DNA from: an uncultured Methanosarcinaceae archaeon
GTDB taxonomy: Archaea; Halobacteriota; Methanosarcinia; Methanosarcinales; Methanosarcinaceae
NCBI GenBank assembly: GCA_963833425.1
Contig: CAWHXP010000007.1
Span: forward strand, 291,584 to 355,583
Direction: 5' to 3'
Length of the DNA: 64,000 nucleotides
Under the pieces are notes generated by a model. The model saw nothing but the letters and a program-made list of their open reading frames with translations, was not told the DNA's origin and did not search any database. Each line of letters opens with the position of its first letter. The first letter of the stretch is position 1. This document shows positions 49,917 through 61,486 of the stretch, in pieces. A program made the translations under genes and the position numbers.

Positions 49917-50329
49917 CCTTTTATGATTCCTGTTGAACGTTTGAGTGATCTGAATTTTTCAATAGATAGCGTTCAAAAATGTTAAAATATTCAAATTTCA
50001 GAAAAAAATTCTTTTAAAGTTCCCTATCAATACTACTCATTAAAATAAAATATCACCCATCTAAAAGTCATCAAAAAGATATCTTATATTGGAATAATTT
50101 CGCTGTGAAACTTTTTTAATTTTCTAGATTCCACAAACCAAATAATCCAATCCAGATTCAAAATTTATTTGTTCTGACAAACTGTTTAAGAAAGCATTTT
50201 TTGGTAATTCCAGTTTATCAAATTCAAAGGCTTTGTGAAGCATTTATACCGTAGTAATTTAGAGAATTTCGATAAACTTCTGATTTTCACGAGTTGTTTA
50301 TCTACTATTTATAAGTATATGACTAAATC

Positions 50330-50477
50330 GGTTCCGTTGCAAAAAATCTGGTTATTTTACAAAACCAGTGAAAAACATCACAAATCGGATATTTATATGC
50401 TCTAAATAGATTAATAATGATACAAAAAACAATAATTATAGCCTAAAAAGGCAGTAAAATTATTTTTTTACAGAACC
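50330..50477. mobile_element. 148-bp IS6-type MITE truncating an IS5-type MITE at 50261-50329
   Basis: ggttccgttgcaaaaaatctgg ... cagaacc; colinear with 46936-47083. Confidence 0.85.
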
Positions 50478-50498
50478 TTATTTTGTCGCTTTGCATAA

Positions 50499-50867
50499 TT
50501 AATCTGCAACTTCAACTCGGATTCGTTCTCCTTCTTTCATGGCTTTAAAAACCCCAGCATCTCCGGTTACCTTACCGAAGACGCTTACCGCGCTATACGC
50601 CCTGATCTCATTGCCTCTGCTTGAAGGAGTAGGGCCAAAAAAGATGCACATACTTTTGCCCGGCGGCCAGTAGGCAACGTCTCCAATTTCAAGCACTTCT
50701 TTTCCATTCTCAAGTTCAAACTCTAGAGGTACTTCAAAATAAATCTCCTCGCCCCAGCGATGTGCAACAGAATCAAAAGGCAAGGAATTAACTACAGCAG
50801 AGGCTGTTCTTGTGTTACTTAACGTGGCAAAAGCTTCAATGCTTCCAACTACAATCTTTATCTTCAT
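50499..50867 (-). CDS. Cyclophilin-like fold protein (DUF369-type)
   Basis: RWGEEIYF and GDVAYWPPGKSMCIFFGPTP. Confidence 0.85.
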   Translation of the reverse strand: MKIKIVVGSIEAFATLSNTRTASAVVNSLPFDSVAHRWGEEIYFEVPLEFELENGKEVLEIGDVAYWPPGKSMCIFFGPTPSSRGNEIRAYSAVSVFGKVTGDAGVFKAMKEGERIRVEVAD

Positions 50868-51054
50868 GATCTATCAGATTATAAATGGTTTTAAAAGGGT
50901 TTTGATTAACCTACTTTTTATCGATTTACTTATAAACCAATTTATAAAGGAAGAATCAAAAATAGAGGTTTGTTAGGCTCTATGAAGTCTTGGTCGTCTA
51001 ATATTATAGAAACCAGTTTACTGTATTGGTTACCTGCTCGAAAATGATCTTTTA

Positions 51055-51206
51055 GGTTGTGTTGCAAAAATTTTCTTCTTTCACTTTGAGGTTATAGTAG
51101 TTACCTTCCGGTGCTAATTATTTGGTGATGAGAATAATTAACTTTCTTAATTGTGACGGTTTTTCACTTATTTTGTACAAAAAGCCAGATTTTTTGCAAC
51201 GGAACC
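51055..51206. mobile_element. IS6-type MITE, reverse orientation, more diverged
   Basis: ggttgtgttgcaaaaa ... ccagattttttgcaacggaacc. Confidence 0.75.
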
Positions 51207-51549
51207 CCGTCAACAGTATCTATCTCTCCAATTCATGGTGAACTTTGATTTCCATAGTAGCTAATTTTTGCAATTCTCAGACCCATACCCCATGATAGAC
51301 TCTATATCCTTTTTTTCACCGCAAAAACAGAATCCAGAATCGACGAGTAGACTTACAAAACTGGTATTCTAATGCAGTGATTTTGCTATAAAAGCTATGT
51401 ATCATTAAAAATGATAAATAAGATATTTTTAGTGAAAAAAACTAAAAAGTTGTTTTTTATAATATAATCTATATAAATCTATAACCTAAATCTAAATTAG
51501 GATTTCTACAAAGCCAAATTTCTAGAAAGATCCAACTAAAGGTAGCACT

Positions 51550-52506
51550 ATGTTTAAAAGATATTTAGGATACTTATTCCTATTAACATTTCTTAGTTTA
51601 ACTATCATACCTTGTGCATTATGCACACAGAGTACAATATTCGTAGATGTTATATCTGCAACAGATGCACAGACTACAATAAATGATGCAATAAATTCCA
51701 TAGCCTTAGATGCAACATCAAGTAACCCTGGGTATGTTCTCCTTACAGCTGGCACTTATAAAATAAGTGGCCCGATACTTTTAAAATCCAATGTAGTACT
51801 AAAAGGTGCAGGCGACAGTACAATAATTTTTGCTAATGGTTCAGTTTGTAACTCTACGGGAGCACCTGCGTATATATTTGGGTTAAATGTTTCTAACGTC
51901 GAAATATGCAATCTTCAATTCCAGAGTACTGCGAGAGGCCCCCAAGACGGTGGTCATGGCGCTCGGCAGTGCATTAATCTAAACTCAGCTAACAATAGTG
52001 TAGTACATGATATTTTATTTACCCCCTACCTTTACAGTGATGGTGTACGAATAGAAAAGGGTACCAATGTCACCGTGTATAATTGTAGGATTCGCGCAGG
52101 ACATGACGGAATATCATTCCTTTTAGGTTCGTCTAATTGTCGAGCATATAATAATGATATTGATATCAGAGTTAATACTGGTATCCGGGTAAGAGATGCA
52201 AAAGGTATTAGACTTGACCACAACATCTTTTACGGTCTACATAGAAAGGGTTGGTGTTGTACTGAAATGGAAGAGAATGTTCAGATAGAAATAGATCATA
52301 ACATTTTCCATGATTACATAGGTTCTTCAGGTAGCGCTACAGTCCAGCCACGTCATGCAAGTGGTTCTCTTTCTTTTCATGACAATGTTTTGTGGAACGT
52401 TGGTAAAATATCTATGGGTTCAGGTTCAGGGAATATAATAAATCCATCCGATAAAAACGTTAAAGATTGGGTATTCAAAGGATATGGATACCTTTCTATT
52501 AAATAA
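51550..52506 (+). CDS. Secreted right-handed beta-helix (pectin lyase-like) protein
   Basis: Signal peptide; LTAGTYKISGPILLKSNVVLKGAG; parallel beta-helix repeats. Confidence 0.82.
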   Translation: MFKRYLGYLFLLTFLSLTIIPCALCTQSTIFVDVISATDAQTTINDAINSIALDATSSNPGYVLLTAGTYKISGPILLKSNVVLKGAGDSTIIFANGSVCNSTGAPAYIFGLNVSNVEICNLQFQSTARGPQDGGHGARQCINLNSANNSVVHDILFTPYLYSDGVRIEKGTNVTVYNCRIRAGHDGISFLLGSSNCRAYNNDIDIRVNTGIRVRDAKGIRLDHNIFYGLHRKGWCCTEMEENVQIEIDHNIFHDYIGSSGSATVQPRHASGSLSFHDNVLWNVGKISMGSGSGNIINPSDKNVKDWVFKGYGYLSIK

Positions 52507-53071
52507 TCCTATTATAATTCTTAGCTTACAAAGTAGTGACACAAAGGTAATTCCTGAATAATCTAATGTGGTGCTTTTTCTTAATCTGTAAACTAGAGAA
52601 AAAAAAGACAAATGCTAGATAAGTTTAATACATAGTTTTTGTGACAAAAACTGTGCATCAGTGAAACGATAAAAATAAAAGCTTTGTCCGTAAAAACTAT
52701 TGACTCTAAATTATTCTTATGATAAAGTGAAATTAAATAGAGTCAATCAGGTTTATAAAGGACTTCGGTACCTTGCATTTTGTTTATAAGCTACTAAATG
52801 CAGATGAGTAAATATATTTCTCTATGTATTAAATAAATAGTATACTTATCAAATAATAACTAATAATGTACATCCCCCAGTTTCAGAGTTTATAATTATA
52901 ATTATCTCTAAAAATTTTATCTAGATTTTTCAATTTCATATTTATATTTATGTAGTTCATCGGCCACTAGCAAGCGAATTAGAATATCAATAATCGTCAG
53001 ATTTCATCCACTAACAATACAATAATTTGTATGGCCGTTTAACTGCATGTAATTTTGGGGTGAGTATTTGA

Positions 53072-54151
53072 ATGGGGAAACTAATTGTTAACAGAACAAA
53101 AAGGATACTGAGTATTTTATTTGTAGTATTTTTTATTGTATCCGTGATGGCTACAGTAAATGCAGCTAATTGCTGGAATGGAAAAGGCAGTTTTAATAAG
53201 GGTAGTTTCAACGAAAATTCTAATGGAAAATGTGGACGTGGAGACCAAACATCACCGTCACCAAGCACTAAAAATAGATTTACTGATATTGCTTATGCTA
53301 CCAAATCAAAAACACAAAAACTTGATATATATCTGCCAAATGAAGGAAATGGTCCTTTTCCTACGATTATAGTATTTCATGGCGGGGGATTTTATGAAGG
53401 TAATAAGAGTAGACAATACGCAGCTCCTGTGCTCCAGGGCTTAAATCATGGTTATGCAGTGGCAACTGTTGATTATCGTTTGAGTGACGAAGCTAAATTC
53501 CCAGCAGCAATAAATGATGCAAAAGCAGCTATTCGTTTTATTAAAGTTAATGCTGCTCAATATAATTTAAATCCTAATAAGATTGCTCTATGGGGCAGTT
53601 CAGCAGGTGGAAATCTTGCTGCCCTTGCAGGCACAACAGGTGGTACAAACAATTGCTACGATACCTCTCTCGGCAACGCAAACGTTTTGGATAATGTAAC
53701 AGCAGTAGTTGATTGTTATGGGCCTACAAATTTCTGTGTTATGGATAAACAATTCACAGAAAGTGGAATTAGAGAAAAAGTACAGGGAGTTCACATTTAT
53801 AATATTGAAGGTTCTTTCCCATCACGATATTTAGGGCAAAATATCTCAAAGGTACCTGACCTGTGTAAACAGGCAGACCCTACGACTTATATAACTTCAA
53901 AGTGCCCCCCATTTTTAATTCAGCATGGTACACTGGATTCATTAGTTCCAATGCAGCAATCCATTGACCTTGCTGCTGCAATCACAAAAGAAATAGGATC
54001 GGACAAAGTAACCCTTATATTACTTGACGGAGCAGGTCACGGGGGAGTCCCCGTCACTTTACTTAATGGGAAACGTTACTGTGGATACCCATTCGGAACT
54101 GCTGAAAATATGGATAAAGTGTTCTCATTCCTAGATGAGTATATGAAATAA
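53072..54151 (+). CDS. Secreted alpha/beta hydrolase (HSL-type esterase)
   Basis: HGGG oxyanion motif, GSSAG nucleophile, HGTLDSLVP, GAGH. Confidence 0.9.
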   Translation: MGKLIVNRTKRILSILFVVFFIVSVMATVNAANCWNGKGSFNKGSFNENSNGKCGRGDQTSPSPSTKNRFTDIAYATKSKTQKLDIYLPNEGNGPFPTIIVFHGGGFYEGNKSRQYAAPVLQGLNHGYAVATVDYRLSDEAKFPAAINDAKAAIRFIKVNAAQYNLNPNKIALWGSSAGGNLAALAGTTGGTNNCYDTSLGNANVLDNVTAVVDCYGPTNFCVMDKQFTESGIREKVQGVHIYNIEGSFPSRYLGQNISKVPDLCKQADPTTYITSKCPPFLIQHGTLDSLVPMQQSIDLAAAITKEIGSDKVTLILLDGAGHGGVPVTLLNGKRYCGYPFGTAENMDKVFSFLDEYMK

Positions 54152-54557
54152 CTATGTCTACTTTGAACAACCTTGAATGGTACTCACAAAAAATCGAGTT
54201 TATAGTTGATACTTATACATAGATTTTATAATAAACCACTGCACTAAAATAACAGTTTTGTAAGTCTACTCATTGACTATGGATTTTGTTTTTGTGGTGA
54301 AAAAATGAATATAGAGTCAATTGTCGGTATGGGTCAGAGCTTTAAACAAATTAACCACATGGAAATCAAAATTCATAGTTAATTTGAGAGTGAGATACTG
54401 CTGATGCTGCACACACCAAGAGTATTTAATTTACTTCGAAATTTTTATTGTTCTGTTCTGCAAAACATAATTCAATTCCCTTCGTTGTAATTTTTTTTCT
54501 GAATATATTTTTTATAAACGTTACATTTAAAAGAGATGTTTAGATGAAGGTAATAAT

Positions 54558-55496
54558 ATGAAAGAGAATCAAGCAAGCTTTACTGCAATGTCAGTAGCCT
54601 ACATGCGTGCTTATCATTCTATAAATGCTGCGGACAAAATTTTTGATGATTTTCTGGCCTATGAGTTGATACCAGATGATAAAAGGGCACTAGTTGAACA
54701 ATATTTAATTGAACAAAATATGATATGGGATCAAGAATTGAATGATTCTGAATATGCTACATTGCAGTCTGAGCACACAATTTCTTCAGAGTCATTAATG
54801 CGAGCAACTCGTAGATTTGAAGGTTTTTTCAACAGCCGTGCAAGGTATGCAGAAGACGCCCTAAAAATAGCTATCAAACAAGGAGTAAAGCAGTATGTGA
54901 TTCTTGGAGCAGGAATGGATACTTTTGCTTTCAGACAACCTGAAACGCTAGAACAGTTGGAAGTATTTGAAATTGACCATCCCGCTACACAAGAATTTAA
55001 GCTTCATCGTCTTGCTGAGTTGGGGTGGAAACATCCAGCAAAATTACATTTTATTCCTATAGATTTCACGAAGGATAGCCTGATTTCAGTACTAACTAAT
55101 TCATCATCTTATGATCCAAAACTTAAAACCTTCTTTAATTGGCTTGGTGTCACTTACTTTTTGACCCGAGATGAAGTGTTCACAACATTTCGTTCGATCA
55201 AAGAAATTTCTCCTGCAGGCAGCATGATTGTTTTTGATTATCTCGATGCCGATGCATTTATTCCTGAGAAATCTTCTCCACAAATGCAAAAAACATTACA
55301 GTATTTAAGGAAGATAAGCGAACCGATGATTACTGGCTTCGATCCGTCAACTTTAAGAGACGAACTTGCATGTTTAGGATTTAGTCTCCAAGAAAATTTA
55401 GGCCTAGAAGACATCAAAGAAAATTACTTTAAAAGACACACAGAAGAATATCCGATTCACGAACATGGGCATTTTGCATGTGCAGTTGTTGAATAA
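54558..55496 (+). CDS. SAM-dependent methyltransferase (LCM/TIGR00027-like)
   Basis: QYVILGAGMDT, FEIDHP, WLGVTYFL. Confidence 0.9.
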   Translation: MKENQASFTAMSVAYMRAYHSINAADKIFDDFLAYELIPDDKRALVEQYLIEQNMIWDQELNDSEYATLQSEHTISSESLMRATRRFEGFFNSRARYAEDALKIAIKQGVKQYVILGAGMDTFAFRQPETLEQLEVFEIDHPATQEFKLHRLAELGWKHPAKLHFIPIDFTKDSLISVLTNSSSYDPKLKTFFNWLGVTYFLTRDEVFTTFRSIKEISPAGSMIVFDYLDADAFIPEKSSPQMQKTLQYLRKISEPMITGFDPSTLRDELACLGFSLQENLGLEDIKENYFKRHTEEYPIHEHGHFACAVVE

Positions 55497-55693
55497 TTAG
55501 GTATCACGTATGTGCATGAGACTTTTAATTTGCACATGATTTTCTTTTTGTGTTTTTTTTCTATTAAATTATGCACAGGTTTAACATTATAATCTCTGCA
55601 TTATGTATCATTAAGAAGATATCATTCGAAAAAAGGGTTGGCTCTTGAAATACAAGAACTAGATTTTATTAAATCAAAGATAAATGCAGTACA

Positions 55694-56035
55694 TTAGCTT
55701 AATTCTGATTCGTTTGGATTATCTTGAAAGTATAAAGCACATTTTACTACTGCCTGGTATACTTCATCTAAATCAGCAGAAACATTACTAAATTTTGTTG
55801 GCTGTTTATATTTTATTATAATTTCGCTGGCTAATTTCAAATCAGCAAACTCTTTTTCTCGTAGCAGCAGATTATCTGGTTGTATCGAACCACTAGGTAA
55901 AGCGTGATTATCGATTAGTTTTTTTACATAGTAACGCTCATCTTCGGAATCGACTCTAAGTACAATATCATGCTTGAAGAAATGCTCTAAGAGTAAATTG
56001 CATAATATTTTCTCAGAAAGCAGTAAAAAAGCTCC
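55694..56035 (-). pseudogene. C-terminal fragment of a paralog of the wHTH protein at 56175-57226
   Basis: LLLEHFFKHDIVLRVDSEDE versus ILLEHFLNHDMLMGIDSQEE; no start codon; IS6 end at 56138-56152 upstream. Confidence 0.6.
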
Positions 56036-56174
56036 TAAACTCTACGAAGCTTCGAGATAAGGAATTTATATATTTGTTAAATATTCATCATATATATTCC
56101 TAAACTACTACTTATTTCGGTGAACCTTCTTTTAATATTTTGCAACGGAACCGTTTTTAATTAACTGACTTAAC

Positions 56175-57226
56175 TTATCGACGATTCAAAATGACATCCT
56201 GACAAATTTTATGACTTAATTGTGATAAAAATTGTGACAAATCGACTGATTCTCTAAGTAAAGCGATATGATCTTTCGTTTTTTCTGCAATTTCAAGTTC
56301 TTCTTGAGAATCTATCCCCATTAACATATCATGGTTAAGAAAGTGCTCCAATAATATATTTTCTCTATCCGACAAAAAAATCCTTTTCTCCACATTATCA
56401 ATAGTAGTGTGTTAGTCAAATAAGTTACAAGATCCTTTTTATCTATTTCATCTGGATTAATCTAGTGCTGTTTTTATTTCATAATTAGGTCTTGTTGTAA
56501 ATAGTGAGTATTTTATTCCTTTCGGTAATCCAGGTAAATAGTTTTCGATATATTCTGAAACATGCTCTTCAGGACTAATTGGGTCAATTTTCCACGGAAG
56601 TTCTTTCATAGTTTCTATGAATGCTTTTTAGACATTTTAAAATCTGGATAGTATTTTACACAAGTACGATAACATAATTTCAAAAGATTATTGATAAGTT
56701 GATGTTGATGAGATTCTTTATTATTTGTGTAAACTTTCCAAGCTCCTTTATACAATGTTTCAATACCGGGTTCTATACATGCATTGAACAACGAAACCGA
56801 CATACGTAGATTAGTATGGAATTTCAACAATTCAAAAGGGAAGAAAATTTGCTGAAGTTCTGAAAGGAGTAAATGGATAGATTTATCATGTTTGTTTAAT
56901 TGGATTTCAGGAAATTCATGTAGAATATTTTTTAAATGGCTGAATATTGTTATATCCCAGTAATTACCTCGAATCTCTTTACGCAAAATCAGTTTAATAC
57001 ATCTCAGATCCTTCAACTTATTCATATGTTTATTGATGGTACTTGGATCGCAGACTCCATATTTGTTTTTTAAATGTTCTCTTATAGATGACTCTGAGAC
57101 TGGTCCAATGTTTTTTAGTATAAATTCAAGGATGTTCATCTTCACTTCATTGGGTTTAAAGTGATCCCCTTTTGTTTTTTTCTCAACTTCTTTGATTTTA
57201 ATGTGATCTCCTTTTATTTTTGCCAT
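56175..57226 (-). CDS. Winged-helix DNA-binding protein, frameshifted
   Basis: NILEFILKNIGPVSESSIREHL...STINKHMNKL wHTH-like N-terminus; continues through ORF 56175-56393. Confidence 0.6.
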
Positions 57227-57366
57227 GTATTATAATTTACGATATGGGTAAAAATAGTTTCTATAAATTAGCTGTACGTCTATCGAAAAATCATTTATCA
57301 TGGTTATCAATAACCAAGAAATATTTAAATATAGATGCGTTCATAATTTTTAGCTGGAGTTAAAGC

Positions 57367-57537
57367 ATGAGTTTCAATTTAGGTCCACGAAAAATCCAAA
57401 AGGTTGGTTATTCGTATATGATCCCTCTACCAACCAATTGGATCAGAAATATGAATATAGAAAAGGGGGATACACTACATATAAAAATGGCTGAAGACAA
57501 AAGTCTTAGAATTACAGTTGGACTGGAAGGTGACTGA
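57367..57537 (+). CDS. AbrB/MazE/SpoVT-type DNA-binding protein, 56 aa
   Basis: MSFNLGPRKIQKVGYSYMIPLPTNWIRNMNIEKGDTLHIKM; divergent from the wHTH gene. Confidence 0.8.
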   Translation: MSFNLGPRKIQKVGYSYMIPLPTNWIRNMNIEKGDTLHIKMAEDKSLRITVGLEGD

Positions 57538-57816
57538 TTAAGTAAACAATATTCAACTAATTGAAGATGATAGTAAAATTAATACTGGAACGTTCAACGG
57601 GCTGCCCGTAACAACCCGTTGCGACCCAGGTTATCAAAAATTTCAAAGAGAAATGTAATGATAACGGATATTGTATCCATATCAATTTCTGTTTTCATTT
57701 ACTTATAGATTTCTCTTTAAAAATTTTTTGCTTGTTGGCGCAGATTGTACACTAGTCAAAATTGTGGTTTTTGGTTTCCTGGGCTATTCTATTCTCTAAA
57801 TAAATAAAATTTTAGA

Positions 57817-58149
57817 GTGATTAATATGATTACACAAAAAGATAACTTTGAAGATTATTATCTACCGATACCAGAATTTCTGAAGATAATAGATCCCAAA
57901 CGTGCTAATTACCAGATTTGGATAGACAAACCATATTTACTTATCCGGCATGTCAACGAAACCACCCGGTTTCTACATGAGCTGGTAGGAAAGCAATTGT
58001 CTGAAATCGATCCATTGACGAAACCTGAAGCTTACGAAGCACTCAGTTCGATAGCCAAAGAAGTGTCAAAATTATATGAAACAAGTCAATCATGTGGAAT
58101 AGAATATTTTTTAACAAACATTTTTAATAATTTAGAAAAGAAGGCGTGA
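57817..58149 (+). CDS. Hypothetical protein of the integrated element
   Basis: 110-aa ORF co-oriented with the replication gene. Confidence 0.55.
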   Translation: MINMITQKDNFEDYYLPIPEFLKIIDPKRANYQIWIDKPYLLIRHVNETTRFLHELVGKQLSEIDPLTKPEAYEALSSIAKEVSKLYETSQSCGIEYFLTNIFNNLEKKA

Positions 58150-58276
58150 AAATGCCTTCGATTATTTTTTTAAAGAACATTATTCTGGGCATCAGAGATA
58201 TAAGATTTCAATATTTGCATGATCTACACAGTCAGTTTAATAGGGTAAAAGATCAGCAGACTGGATCGGGATTTAA

Positions 58277-60362
58277 ATGAATGTAGACTACAAATTTAAT
58301 AAATGTCCTGGTTTTGATTCAGAATTAAGCAATTGGTCTTTGATATATCCTAAATTAAAAAATGTATTTTTTAATGGTGACAGTAATTCTGAAGAAAAAA
58401 TCTATGCCCTTGCGAATTTGAAAACCATCATTGAACCAATCGATACAAATGGAAAAAAAGATATTGAATATGGTTTTGAAGAAGATCAAATAATAGATAT
58501 TATGGGTTATTACGCTGGAGAAAAAATTAGATTCAAAATACATAAAAACAGTAATCGAAGAATCTAGAAAAATAAATAACATTGTTAGAAAATGGGAAGA
58601 TTACGACGTTCCTGCGGCTGAAAAGGGATTTTACCAGATAAGCGGTTCCGGAGTATTCCGGATTGTTGAAATCTTTAACGCTGTAAAAGGAGAAAATCAG
58701 TCTTTGATTAAAGATGTGTGCAGAACTCCTTTTGTGATTTGTGGAATTAGCGAACCCCTTAATGATGATTCGATTTATTATAAAATAAGGTATAAAACTT
58801 ATAACGGAACGGAAAAGGAGTTCTGGGCTGGTCAGAGTATTTTATTGTCACGAAGAGAGCTTAAAACATTATTTCTATCTAAAGGAATTAATTGTCCTGA
58901 AAACAGTCTCTTAATAGAAACCATAGAATATATAAGTAGAAGTATTTCTGAATTTGGTCCAGCCTTCAAAAAAGAATTCTCTGCAAAAAGGAACGGATGG
59001 AATGCCGACAAATCCATTTTTGTACTTGGAAACCGGGGGATTACTGCAAAAGGCATTCAGCCAGTGTTAGCTGTAGTAGATGAAAAGGGGTTTCCTGAAC
59101 TCGATAAGAAAGGAACTGTCCAAGGATGGGTAAATGGAATAAAATCGTTTTTGGAATATGATACCACTAAGATTCTTCGGTTTAAGAAGTATGACGCCAT
59201 GACAGCACCTTTGAAAGCCATACTTGGTGTAGAATCTCATTGCACAGATCACTATAGCAACACTTCTTGTGGAAAAACACTCTCTTCCTGGATTGCTCTT
59301 TCTATGATTGGAGATGCAGAGCAGTTGACTATAGGGGCAAAGAGTACACAAAAAGGTATTCTTGTACATGGAAGGGACTTTTCGGATTTACCTATTCTTA
59401 TCGACGAATCATCCGACGCTGGTGATAACCTTGCAGATCTTGTTTATACCCTGACTAGCAACAAAGGTAGAGTTAAGAGTACTGTAACGGGTGCCAGGGA
59501 TGGTGGGGAAGAATACCATACGACTGTAATGTTTACAGGGGAAAGACCTATCAGAGACTGCCTTATAAATTCTGGCCAACAATATAGAGTTATAGAGTTA
59601 TGTGGTACGCTTCCTGATATTCCAGCCAAAGAGATTAATAAAGTAAAACAGGTGATCCGAGATCATCACGGTCATGTCGTTGAATTGTATATCAAAAAGA
59701 TATTTGAACTTCGTGAAAATGGTTCTCTTTATACGATGTATGACGAATGTTTAGATTCGTTGCCCGAACACATTTCCAATATTGAAGGTAGATCCCGGAA
59801 TATTTTTGCGTGTATAATGGTTGCTGGAAAGATTCTAGAATCGGTATTTACGGACATAGGGATTCCAAATGAAGATCCTGTTCCGATCGTGAACGAATAT
59901 TACCAAAAGTGTATCCGTGATAATCCTATTGAGTTGGAGTACATCAGAGCTCTGCGCTTAATCTTGGACTGGATACATTCTGAATATGGAAGATTTGGGG
60001 AAGTTAACACTGAGTATGATGACATTACGACAAGGGATAGAAGCAGAAGATATGGGTACATAACAGACGAGTATATCGATATCATAGGGACTGAGTTTAC
60101 TAAAAAGATGAAAGATGAAGGATTTTCACCATCAAAGATTAAACAGGAGTGGCTGGATCACGGAATCATAGTATCCAATGACAAAGAAAGACCCGGTACT
60201 CACAGAATTACAAGAGACAAGGCAACTTTTGTAGGAATTAGGATTATTCGATCAATTGCAGAAGAACTTATTGGCCTTAATGATATAGATACTGACGAAG
60301 ACAATAATCTTCACAATACGAAAAATGAAGTCAATAATGGGAACTATTGGGTTTCTAACTAA
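58277..60362 (+). CDS. DUF927-family replicative ATPase/helicase (Cch-like), frameshift near 58550
   Basis: KRNGW, Walker A variant SNTSCGKT, Walker B ILIDES, KGRVKS, MFTGE, YRVIEL, HHGH. Confidence 0.8.
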
Positions 60363-60489
60363 CATGACAGGATAAACTAAAATACGGTTAGATGGACTAC
60401 AAAAGTCAATGATCTGGAAGACTTATTAAATATTCATTCAAGAAATAATAAAATTTTATAGATAATTCCAATTATTTACAAATCTTTTA

Positions 60490-60836
60490 AATTACACAGA
60501 ATTACACAGAAATTACACAGAAATTACACAAGTCATATAATCATTTTTTCAATATCTAATGAACTAATATAACTAATAAATTACACAAATTACACAGATT
60601 AAAAATAATACCTATAATGCAATATCTTAATTCTAGTTTCTATACGGAAAATATATGTTATATCTAAAATGTGTAATTTGTGTAATTTTGTTTATTTAAT
60701 GTCTCAGCATCTTTATTTTCTTCAAAATCATGTGTATTTTTTAGTCTATGAAATGTATAATTTGTGTAATTGTCATTGATCTCAATAGTCTTTAAAAATC
60801 GGCAGTATATGATTGGTCGTATTTAGTGGTGTAATT
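60490..60836. repeat. Inverted iteron array (AATTACACA), putative replication origin
   Basis: Forward copies at 60490, 60500, 60511, 60522, 60579 and 60588; reverse copies at 60670, 60679 and 60763 plus near matches at 60731, 60754 and 60828; AT-rich spacer between them. Confidence 0.8.
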
Positions 60837-61486
60837 CCTTTAATTGATTTCTTGCCATACCTATCATAAAATCTATTAGAATCGTGTCTGTATTCATTCA
60901 ATATCCCAATAAGTGATCCAAATGATCTAAAATGTCAAAAAAGTTGATCTTGTAGCTGCAGGGTGGTCAAGAATCCTGCAGCATGCCGAAAAGTCTATTG
61001 CAAGGTACTGGAATACCTTTAATATATAATAAGATTACGGATAATATATAGTTTTTGCATATATTCTAAATAGTACTATTCTAAACTAATGAGTTTAACA
61101 CTTTAGGCAGTTAGTACATAATACCTATAATTCCAAACCCAATCAGATCTCAAATCAAAGCACTTATATGGTATATATAATTTATATAATTTTAAAGTAA
61201 TAAATATATGCAAAAAAATATCGTGAAGGTACTTACCGTACATCCAAATTCAAATTATGGGGAATTAAATTGGTCGAAAAGCGACTTAACCTGAGCTCAC
61301 TAGAGAGACTTTTACAATAAGTTCGATGGTTATCATTACCTTTTATAAAAAATAGCCCAGAACGCCTGAGAATGGCTCATCGTTGATCTGACGTGTATGA
61401 ACCCCGCTTCTATGTAAAACAAAACGAACTAAATATTAAAATACAATACTAATTAATATTAATTATAAAGTAAAAACGGTGATAAT

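Noticed and set aside
60490..60600. Short direct repeats as a CRISPR array or simple microsatellite
   Set aside because: The units are 9-11 bp with a mirrored inverted set and no spacers or cas genes, which fits iterons better
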